40,000 bases of DNA from Vibrio gangliei (lineage in GTDB: Bacteria; Pseudomonadota; Gammaproteobacteria; Enterobacterales; Vibrionaceae), in the NCBI RefSeq assembly GCF_026001925.1, contig NZ_AP021871.1, positions 6,137 to 46,136 on the forward strand, given 5' to 3'. The notes below the pieces were generated by a model that was not told the origin of the DNA, did no database searches, and was given only the letters and a program-made list of their open reading frames with translations. The position numbers and the translations under genes were made by a program. This document shows, one piece after another, positions 34,080 through 40,000 of the stretch; positions within the stretch are counted from its first letter, which is position 1; every line of letters starts with the position of its first letter.

Positions 34080-34108
34080 TTGACAATTATTCACCCCTGT
34101 GCAAAATT
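34080..34108 (+). promoter_or_regulatory. Sigma70-like promoter TTGACA-N17-AAAATT
   Basis: Consensus -35 at 17-nt spacing. The predicted transcription start lies just before leader element copy 1. Confidence 0.5.
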
Positions 34109-34117
34109 AAAGACTCA

Positions 34118-34206
34118 AACACTCACTTCTCTCTCGGGCAATTTAGAGAAGCGTTTTAGCCCATACCACCAGCCATCCTCGGCTAATCCTTCCCTACGGG
34201 AACTCC
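34118..34206 (+). promoter_or_regulatory. Structured leader element, copy 1 (three hairpins)
   Basis: HP1 is CACTTCTCT[CTCGGGCAATTT]AGAGAAGCG followed by TTTTAGCCCATACCACC. HP2 is AGCC[ATCCTC]GGCT. HP3 is TTCCC[TAC]GGGAA. Confidence 0.6.
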
Positions 34207-34384
34207 AATCTAAATAGCAAATTACTAATAGTCTTATGATTATTGTACTGCTACACCTACTGATTTTACTCAGATCTTACTATCAATCCCTGCTTGGGAT
34301 TACTTAATTGCATCTAGCAATAACTAACCGTCCATTTATGGACACAACCAACGTGCTTTGCACAAAACTATTAAGGTAATAACT

Positions 34385-34822
34385 ATGGATTATTTCACTA
34401 TGTCACCAGCTACTTTCTTGATTTGGAATAGCATTAAAAACTTTGCATTTCTATGTTCAGGTTTTGCTTTTCCTATAATTGCTTTGCTTTCATTTTGGCG
34501 TATCTGCCGATTTGTGAAGCAAGTGAAAATTGGCTACTACTCAAACAAGACCGCTAATAAGCTTGTTAGACGCAGAGAAGCCAAATTGAAAGTAAGCAAC
34601 ACAAATGATTCAGAGCTTGAAAATGCTAATGGCACTTTTAATTTCTTTGAATCGGTAAACTACGATGCTCATGCTGAGTTAGTTGACGATGCAGAAATGG
34701 CAATTCCAACCTATATCCGTTTAGGTGTGGAATTAGCAGGCTTCATTGATGAGCAATGCGAAGAACTTGAAGAAGCTTTAGATGTACCTTGCGGTGCTTT
34801 CATGAATGCAGCACAGGGGTAA
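34385..34822 (+). CDS. Membrane protein with acidic C-terminal tail, unknown function
   Basis: Start context AAGGTAATAACTATG is shared with neighbouring genes. One or two TM helices are followed by an acidic region. Confidence 0.5.
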   Translation: MDYFTMSPATFLIWNSIKNFAFLCSGFAFPIIALLSFWRICRFVKQVKIGYYSNKTANKLVRRREAKLKVSNTNDSELENANGTFNFFESVNYDAHAELVDDAEMAIPTYIRLGVELAGFIDEQCEELEEALDVPCGAFMNAAQG

Positions 34823-34826
34823 TATC

Positions 34827-34964
34827 ATGTGGGCTGAACAAGTATTAGTTAATGCAGCAGTGTTACTAACTTCACTGTGGACTGTATGGGAGTGTGTAGG
34901 CGTGTTTTATCGTAAGGTTGTTAAAAAGACTTACAACAAAAAGCTCGCTAAGCTACCTATTTAA
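34827..34964 (+). CDS. 45-aa single-TM protein (not in the ORF track)
   Basis: MWAEQVLVNAAVLLTSLWTVWECVGVFYRKVVKKTYNKKLAKLPI. Starts 4 nt after the previous stop and is followed by a terminator. Confidence 0.4.
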   Translation: MWAEQVLVNAAVLLTSLWTVWECVGVFYRKVVKKTYNKKLAKLPI

Positions 34965-34975
34965 ACCGTATCAAA

Positions 34976-35004
34976 ACAGAGCCCCAGTAGGGGCTTTGTT
35001 TTAT
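34976..35004 (+). terminator. Rho-independent terminator
   Basis: AGCCCC / GGGGCT stem followed by TTTGTTTT. Confidence 0.7.
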
Positions 35005-35030
35005 TCGGTAGGTCTACTACCCAAAATCCA

Positions 35031-35120
35031 AACTCACTTACTGCTCGGGCAATTTCGGTAAGTGTTTTAGCCCAAACCATCCGTCACATAGCTGACAAAT
35101 CAATGTCCGATTCGGACAAG
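35031..35120 (+). promoter_or_regulatory. Structured leader element, copy 2 (diverged, compensatory changes)
   Basis: HP1 is CACTTACTG[CTCGGGCAATTT]CGGTAAGTG followed by TTTTAGCCCAAACCA. HP2 is GTCA[CATAGC]TGAC. HP3 is GTCCG[ATT]CGGAC. Confidence 0.6.
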
Positions 35121-35224
35121 CAAACTTAAACTCAATTCTTCATTCAAGATCTTGGCGTAAGCCGAGTATTTGATTGATGGAATTTTCCAATCGTACTTAT
35201 GTACAAAACTTAAAGGTAATGACT

Positions 35225-36589
35225 ATGACAACTACAACTGACAAAACAATATCAAACGAACTTCGCGCGTTTATTGCACCAATGGCAAAAAAAGCCGGAT
35301 TCAATGACGAGTATAAATACTATGAATTAGTGTTTAATAAGATTTTCGTTCCACTCTTAACAAGAGAAAGAGATCCATTGTCGTTTATTCCTGAATCAAG
35401 CATTTGGGAATTATTTGTTCTCGCACGTAGAACCGCGTTAAACCCGTTGTTCGGGCAAATATACGCTGGTGTGTACGGTGGGCAAATCACGGTGGATTTA
35501 ACTGCTAAAGGTTACTTATCTGCATTGATAAATAATCCAGACTACAAAACTCACAAAATGGTGTTTTCGAGTGAAAAAGTAACCTGCCCATACTCACAGC
35601 ATTCAGTTAATGAATGGTGCTCTTTAATTATAGAGTTTAAGGATGGGCGAGTTATCGAGGGAATTCCTGAATTCTTTTTAGAGAACGTTCGAAATACTAT
35701 CGTGTGGACAAAATATCCATCCCGTTTAAATGCAATGAAGGCGTTAACTCGTGGCGTTGCTTTCGCTCTATCACTTGATTGTGGTGATAGTGTGGAGTTA
35801 ATGGAGATGGAGTTAGATGAAACAAAGTCTGGCCAAGAGCATGATGGTGGAATTGTCATGGATGAATCCGAAACCCCTAAAAAGGTCGAGGTAGATCCAT
35901 CAATTGAGCTAAATGCTGAATGGAAAGGTTTTGTTCACAAGCTAGGACTCGATACTGACGTAAATTTAGTAAATAAAATCGTTAGCAACATTGAGTCGAA
36001 GCTTTCTGAGCAGGGTAAGACTATTCATTTCACAAATGCTGAGCAATTAGTGAATATGAAGAAGTACCTTAGTGATTCTGTGACAATCAACTTGGAAAAG
36101 CTAAATAAAGCGAAACAAGAAGCAGAAGCGAAGAAAGCGGCTGAACATGAGCATACAACTGAAGAAAAATCAGGTGTAAACAACTCTCATGATCAGGAAA
36201 TTGAAGCTGTAAATACCGTTCAATCGGACGAAGAAGTTGTGGTAATTGAAGCAGAGGAAGTTGTTGAAACTTCAGAGGTTACAGTTATCGATTCGGAGTA
36301 TGATGAGCTGGTAGATGAAGATGAAGAAGTGGCTATCGAAGCAACAGAAGTTGAATCAGAGGAACCGGTTGAAAATGATTTTTCTGAAAGCATTGATACG
36401 GAAAACTTTGAAAATTTCGATGATTATGACTTCACTGCAATCAGCCCTGCAACAAGACACACCATCGACCAGTTAGCCTCAATTTCAGAGGGTAAAGGCG
36501 GTGCTGAGTTTTTAATAAAGGCTGCTGAATCGTTCACAACTAAGCTTGAAAAGGCTTACGTTCGAATGATTGCTGCGCGTATCAAATAA
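35225..36589 (+). CDS. Red-beta/Bet-type single-strand annealing protein with long acidic C-terminal extension
   Basis: ALNPLFGQIYAG, TAKGYLSALINNPDY and VWTKYPSRLNAMKALTRGVAFA parallel lambda Bet GLNPWTKEIYAF, GVDGWSRIINENQQF and PWQSHPKRMLRHKAMIQCARLAF (from memory). The start at 35225 has the shared AAGGTAATGACTATG context. Confidence 0.55.
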   Translation: MTTTTDKTISNELRAFIAPMAKKAGFNDEYKYYELVFNKIFVPLLTRERDPLSFIPESSIWELFVLARRTALNPLFGQIYAGVYGGQITVDLTAKGYLSALINNPDYKTHKMVFSSEKVTCPYSQHSVNEWCSLIIEFKDGRVIEGIPEFFLENVRNTIVWTKYPSRLNAMKALTRGVAFALSLDCGDSVELMEMELDETKSGQEHDGGIVMDESETPKKVEVDPSIELNAEWKGFVHKLGLDTDVNLVNKIVSNIESKLSEQGKTIHFTNAEQLVNMKKYLSDSVTINLEKLNKAKQEAEAKKAAEHEHTTEEKSGVNNSHDQEIEAVNTVQSDEEVVVIEAEEVVETSEVTVIDSEYDELVDEDEEVAIEATEVESEEPVENDFSESIDTENFENFDDYDFTAISPATRHTIDQLASISEGKGGAEFLIKAAESFTTKLEKAYVRMIAARIK

Positions 36590-36663
36590 AACCATTCATT
36601 ATGGTAAAGTGCTTGTGCGTACCCAAAAGGGTATGCACAACTCTTTTAATCATTGGTGGTTAT

Positions 36664-36951
36664 ATGAAATTCATCTTTATTGGAAAGTATTTTCGTGACT
36701 TGTTACGTGATGCTATTAAATTCAATGACAACGCTTTCTTATCGTTTAACGGTAAGGACTTGGTATTGGAGACAGAAAACGGTTTCTCAGTTCGTTCAGA
36801 GCTGGTGGAATCGGTTGATGGTGATGCGGTTAAAACAACATTCAAGAAAGAACTTAATAAAGCTGAACTTTTAACTGAATTAAAGGAAGCTAAATCAGTT
36901 CTAATTGAGTTAACCAACCAAAGTATAGCCATCAAATCTCTTACCTACTAA
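36664..36951 (+). CDS. Hypothetical protein
   Basis: The internal ATG at 36664 follows GGTGG. 95 aa with no motif recognised. Confidence 0.45.
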   Translation: MKFIFIGKYFRDLLRDAIKFNDNAFLSFNGKDLVLETENGFSVRSELVESVDGDAVKTTFKKELNKAELLTELKEAKSVLIELTNQSIAIKSLTY

Positions 36952-36974
36952 GCCACACTCAAGCCATCTTTTAG

Positions 36975-37010
36975 GCTTTCCATTCGTCTTATTAGACAAG
37001 CTAACTAATA
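36975..37010 (+). promoter_or_regulatory. Partial leader element (HP3 module only)
   Basis: TTCGTCTTATTAGACAAGCTAACTAATACCA aligns with TTCGTCCACCTTGGACAAACCAATACCA of copy 3. The hairpin GTCT[TATT]AGAC is preserved by compensatory change. Confidence 0.45.
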
Positions 37011-37106
37011 CCAACTTGCAATCGACAGCAGAACCATTTTTTAAATGGTTTTGTTCTTGTCGTGCGCATAAACCCGCGTTTTACGCAATTCAAAAAGGAA
37101 ATAACT

Positions 37107-37775
37107 ATGAAAACACTATTCGAACAAATGGTTGAAGCATCCGTTCAGTACCCGTTAATGACTCGCTTTACAGAAGATCTGTTTGAGATTGATAGAGATA
37201 TTATCGAAAACGATTCGGTAGTAGGCGATAAATATATTTGGATACTGAAAGGAAATGGAGCTGGTACATGGCTCTATCGCTTAAACAGTAAAATTGGAAT
37301 AGAAATGCTTGAGTACACGATAAAGAATGAACCTGAGTCATCAGAGTTCTTTTGGCTGCATAATAATGGAGATCAAAAATCCATTTTGCAGCACATATCG
37401 AGAAGCCACGCATTAAGCTTGGCCAAAGCACAGGTATTAACTAACCGAGAACCTAGAAGAAGAAATTTGGGCTCTCAAATCACTCATTGTTTAAACATTT
37501 CAGATCCAAAATGTTCGTTAATTGCGAATCCAAAGGTCTTAATGTTAGCAAGCCAAAAGGGGAAGGTAACAATAACACTAAATAAGCTTGTTCGAGATGT
37601 CGCAATTATTACGGTATCAGGGCAGTTTGGGAATAAGTTTGAGATCAGACACATCCTTGATTTAGTGGACTTTGTTGACTCAGACAGATACGAATCTATC
37701 AGAGGTATGCTGAACAAGCCGCAGCATTTTGTGTGTGACGGTCGTTCTTATGCCTATCCCTGCACAGTACAGTAA
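37107..37775 (+). CDS. Hypothetical protein
   Basis: Start context AAAAGGAAATAACTATG. 222 aa with no motif recognised. Confidence 0.55.
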   Translation: MKTLFEQMVEASVQYPLMTRFTEDLFEIDRDIIENDSVVGDKYIWILKGNGAGTWLYRLNSKIGIEMLEYTIKNEPESSEFFWLHNNGDQKSILQHISRSHALSLAKAQVLTNREPRRRNLGSQITHCLNISDPKCSLIANPKVLMLASQKGKVTITLNKLVRDVAIITVSGQFGNKFEIRHILDLVDFVDSDRYESIRGMLNKPQHFVCDGRSYAYPCTVQ

Positions 37776-37791
37776 GTAATTTAATAACAAA

Positions 37792-37813
37792 CCTACGGGG
37801 CAATTCCCGTAGG
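37792..37813 (+). terminator. Hairpin CCTACGGG / CCCGTAGG after the 37107 gene
   Basis: 8-bp GC-rich stem with a 6-nt loop. A T-run follows after a short second stem. Confidence 0.5.
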
Positions 37814-37845
37814 GGAGTTGCCTCTTTTTAATTAAAGAGGAACAA

Positions 37846-38109
37846 ATGAAAGCAAAATTCAACGCTTTGAAAAAGGCAATTTCAATACGAATTGCCGCTT
37901 TTGTTCATTTTATTCGAAAAATTGCTGGCGCATTGAAAAATGCAAAAGCAGCTATCGGTGTCCACTTGGGGAACTTGGGAGTAGCTGGATATACCGGTGC
38001 TTATACATCGGCTATATCATCAGATTTTGATTTTAACCAACAGTTTTATTTGTTGCTGGGATCAGGTGTGATATTTACGCTACTTGCCATCATTTCTTCA
38101 AAAGACTAA
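37846..38109 (+). CDS. Small membrane protein
   Basis: RBS AAGAGGAA. 87 aa, amphipathic N-terminus plus a C-terminal TM. Confidence 0.5.
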   Translation: MKAKFNALKKAISIRIAAFVHFIRKIAGALKNAKAAIGVHLGNLGVAGYTGAYTSAISSDFDFNQQFYLLLGSGVIFTLLAIISSKD

Positions 38110-38146
38110 AATGTGAACAATGGCTCATTGAAGCTAAGGACAGAAT

Positions 38147-38275
38147 ATGACAGCTTTATATGTTGTAATGGGTGTTGCGTTAACAATTGGCTTACTTGCC
38201 ATTGCATCACCTTACATAGAAAAAAAGTTGATAATAGTTGAGAAAAAACTTCTCGATTACGCTAACGAAAAGTAA
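38147..38275 (+). CDS. 42-aa single-TM protein (not in the ORF track)
   Basis: MTALYVVMGVALTIGLLAIASPYIEKKLIIVEKKLLDYANEK. AAGGA lies 7 nt upstream, and a strong terminator follows. Confidence 0.4.
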   Translation: MTALYVVMGVALTIGLLAIASPYIEKKLIIVEKKLLDYANEK

Positions 38276-38280
38276 TACTG

Positions 38281-38311
38281 AAAAAGCCCGCATTCGTGCG
38301 GGCTTTTTTTG
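38281..38311 (+). terminator. Rho-independent terminator
   Basis: AGCCCGCA / TGCGGGCT stem followed by T7. Confidence 0.85.
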
Positions 38312-38353
38312 TTTAATTGAAATCATTTAAACCTTATGAGATATTAACGACTC

Positions 38354-38446
38354 AACACTCACTTCTCTCTCGGGCACTCTTAGAGAAGCGTTTTAGCCCA
38401 TACCACCAGCCATTCTCGGCAACTCTTTTCGTCCACCTTGGACAAA
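38354..38446 (+). promoter_or_regulatory. Structured leader element, copy 3
   Basis: Near-identical to copy 1 over about 65 nt. HP3 is replaced by GTCCA[CCT]TGGAC. Preceded by TTGAAA-N17-GATATT. Confidence 0.6.
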
Positions 38447-38509
38447 CCAATACCAGACTATTCAACCATTAAACCAATCAGCTTTTTGCTGTGGCTTATT
38501 GCGTCTTGA

Positions 38510-38520
38510 AACCACCTATT
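38510..38520 (+). promoter_or_regulatory. Weak copy of the shared upstream motif (AACCACCTATT)
   Basis: One deviation from AACCRYCTAAWT. Lies only 39 nt (motif end to start codon) from the 38559 start, so its significance is uncertain. Confidence 0.25.
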
Positions 38521-38558
38521 GAGCATTTATTGCTCAACTTAGTTAAAAGGAAATAACC

Positions 38559-38885
38559 ATGTTTAACAAACACTATCTAGTGAATGTACGGATTCAAATC
38601 TCTGATATTGAGTTCGATACAGACGTTATCATTAAAGCCCCGTCTTCTGATGAGGCTCGTGAATATGCTATCTATTTAGAATCAAAATCACCTCGTAGAC
38701 TCAAATGGGTCGAGGATGGTGCAATTGATATGGATGGAAAAATCAAACTAAGCACAAGCTTTAAAACAATCGAGTCACATCATTTAACCGCACTGAGGAA
38801 GAATTTCATAACATGGAATTTCTGCCAAAGCGACTTAAATAACTGTGGTAACTACCTTGAATATAAAGCGCTAATTAAGAAATAA
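38559..38885 (+). CDS. Hypothetical protein
   Basis: Start context AAAAGGAAATAACCATG. 108 aa with no motif recognised. Confidence 0.55.
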   Translation: MFNKHYLVNVRIQISDIEFDTDVIIKAPSSDEAREYAIYLESKSPRRLKWVEDGAIDMDGKIKLSTSFKTIESHHLTALRKNFITWNFCQSDLNNCGNYLEYKALIKK

Positions 38886-38906
38886 CTTAATCAGCAAAGT
38901 ATTCAC

Positions 38907-38946
38907 AACCCTAAAGGGACATTTCCCTGCAGGGAAATTCCTTTTG
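38907..38946 (+). terminator. Terminator module AACCCTAAAGGGA...TTCCTTTT (copy 1)
   Basis: Inner perfect palindrome ATTTCCCTGCAGGGAAAT. Outer pairing is AAAGGGA / TTCCTTT, followed by a T-run. Confidence 0.65.
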
Positions 38947-38976
38947 ATAATAACAAACGCAAAAAAAGGAAACACT

Positions 38977-39234
38977 ATGGCAATTCTTACACCACGACTA
39001 AGAGAAGCAAAAATCGAAATAGATTTAGATGGCGAGCACGGCAATGTTTTTGTGCTGATCTCGGTAGCTAATAACCTCACAAAAAAGCTCGGCATAACTA
39101 CCAACGTAGGGGAGATTATGCGATGCGGTACTTATGAAGATGCTGTGAGAGTTTTCGATGTGTTCTTTGGTGAGTATGTAAATATTCGAACTAGGAACCC
39201 TGAGCGATTTACATTGAATCTAGGGGATAACTAA
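38977..39234 (+). CDS. Hypothetical protein
   Basis: Start context AAAAAGGAAACACTATG. 85 aa. The track start at 38944 lies in the terminator. Confidence 0.5.
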   Translation: MAILTPRLREAKIEIDLDGEHGNVFVLISVANNLTKKLGITTNVGEIMRCGTYEDAVRVFDVFFGEYVNIRTRNPERFTLNLGDN

Positions 39235-39289
39235 ACCCGCGCAGAGCGCAAATCTAACCGGTAATAACTAACCAAACTTTAACCACTAA

Positions 39290-39334
39290 AACCCTAAAGG
39301 GATCTCATTCTCATTAGGGTGAGATTCCTTTTCA
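39290..39334 (+). terminator. Terminator module AACCCTAAAGGGA...TTCCTTTT (copy 2)
   Basis: AAAGGGATCTCA / TGAGATTCCTTT stem with one G-T pair, followed by a T-run. Shares its outer sequence with 38907-38946. Confidence 0.6.
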
Positions 39335-39368
39335 AATGCGCTACGCGCCAAGCAAAAGGAAACTAACT

Positions 39369-40000
39369 ATGACAACTGCATTAGCAAACATAAAATTCAA
39401 TATTGATTTAGGTAATGAACAACTCAACAAAACTGCATTAGCAGTGAATGGTGGGATCATTGAACATCAATTCATCATGTACAAACAACGCTTAGAGCAA
39501 ATTGAATGGTTTTACCAAAATCAAAGTTGCTTTGAGAGTGTGTATAAATACATTTCTAGCCAAACCTACAGCTTTTTTGCAAACAAAATAGAAGTAGCGC
39601 TGGAACAATTAAAAGTGTCTTCTTGGAAGGAGTTACTTCACACAACCGGATTGTATGACGTTCTGCCAAATCAACGAAAAAAGGAATGGGAAAACCAAGA
39701 AGAATGGGTTGATTTTAATGAGGAAAACATTAAATCCACTTTGTTCGCCCTACTTAAAGAGCAAGGTAAATTCACCGCAGAAAAGATTGATGGATGCTTT
39801 AAAAGCCTTTCTAAAGAGCATATCACCAACCGACCAGAGGGATTCTATAAACGCTGCATCTTCGCGTTAGATAGAAATAACGGGGGGTGGCATGATTATC
39901 TCAGTGGGATGGTGGATTGCATTCATGATTTTAGAGCAGTGATTTTGCTTTTAACAAACCGAAACACCAAACTTTTTACCGTATATCATACTCGTCAGTT
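39369..40000 (+). CDS. Hypothetical protein, 3'-truncated by the window edge (possibly DUF4942-like; not in the ORF track)
   Basis: Start context AAAAGGAAACTAACTATG. The frame is open for 210 codons to the end of the window. The DUF4942 idea rests only on vague recollection. Confidence 0.55.
   Translation, partial: MTTALANIKFNIDLGNEQLNKTALAVNGGIIEHQFIMYKQRLEQIEWFYQNQSCFESVYKYISSQTYSFFANKIEVALEQLKVSSWKELLHTTGLYDVLPNQRKKEWENQEEWVDFNEENIKSTLFALLKEQGKFTAEKIDGCFKSLSKEHITNRPEGFYKRCIFALDRNNGGWHDYLSGMVDCIHDFRAVILLLTNRNTKLFTVYHTRQ

Larger units (their letters stand above)
1..40000. mobile_element. Transfer region of an MPF-G-type (ICEclc / pKLC102 / PFGI-1 / ICEHin1056-like) integrative conjugative element or conjugative plasmid; neither boundary is in the window
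   Basis: Type IVb pilus genes are followed by the characteristic colinear run of small membrane proteins, lipoprotein and VirB4/TraC-type ATPase, then TraU-like, TIGR03755-position and TraG_N-like genes. The run is interrupted by obvious cargo (IS, integron, intron). Confidence 0.75.

Noticed and set aside
34118-34384. Idea that the repeated leader is an F-plasmid Frpo-type single-strand promoter formed by one long hairpin
   Set aside because: I could find only local hairpins (7-9 bp stems). There is no long-range complementarity between the 5' and 3' halves of the element. The Frpo-like architecture is therefore not supported, although a different single-strand signal is still possible.
1-40000. 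CRISPR arrays, tRNA/rRNA genes, element attachment sites, shufflon repeats
   Set aside because: I found no spaced direct-repeat array, cloverleaf-like tRNA sequence, rci recombinase or sfx-type repeats by eye. Element ends are evidently outside the window. A tRNAscan/CRISPR scan would be needed to be certain.

Overview
AT-rich window covering most of the transfer region of an MPF-G-type conjugative element (ICEclc / pKLC102 / PFGI-1 / ICEHin1056-like ICE or plasmid). Neither end of the element is in the window. A GlyGly-CTERM-tagged protease suggests a Vibrionales/Alteromonadales-type host. Layout: (1) 1-5.9 kb, type IVb pilus genes (PilO/P-like, PilQ ATPase, PilR platform, PilS-like prepilin, two minor pilins). 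(2) 6-9 kb, an accessory block with a VesB-like trypsin protease and three divergent secreted paralogues that share a conserved mature N-terminus. (3) 9-16.7 kb, the colinear MPF-G set of small membrane proteins, a lipoprotein and a VirB4/TraC-type ATPase. (4) 16.9-26.9 kb, cargo inserted into the transfer module: two HTH genes, an IS256-family element, an integron with an intact IntI2-like integrase and cassettes (ORF-less, arr, dfrA1-family, aadA, DUF3703, colicin-E1-type immunity-like), a group II intron, and a Cys-rich small gene plus a GNAT gene. (5) 26.9-32.9 kb, the transfer module resumes (TIGR03757/56/55-like, TraG_N-like) with a divergent HTH gene. (6) 32.9-34 kb, a minus-strand operon with a membrane-anchored Cas4-like nuclease. 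(7) 34-40 kb, a same-strand run of small unknown genes plus a Red-beta-like annealing protein. The most interesting signals are non-coding or unannotated. These are a 16-bp palindromic operator at four loci, a shared upstream motif at six or seven operons, an identical 18-bp palindrome at two promoters, and a repeated leader element with three covarying hairpins. The three secreted paralogues look like candidate type IVb pilus-dependent cargo. All family assignments come from motif recognition and synteny by eye; no searches were run.
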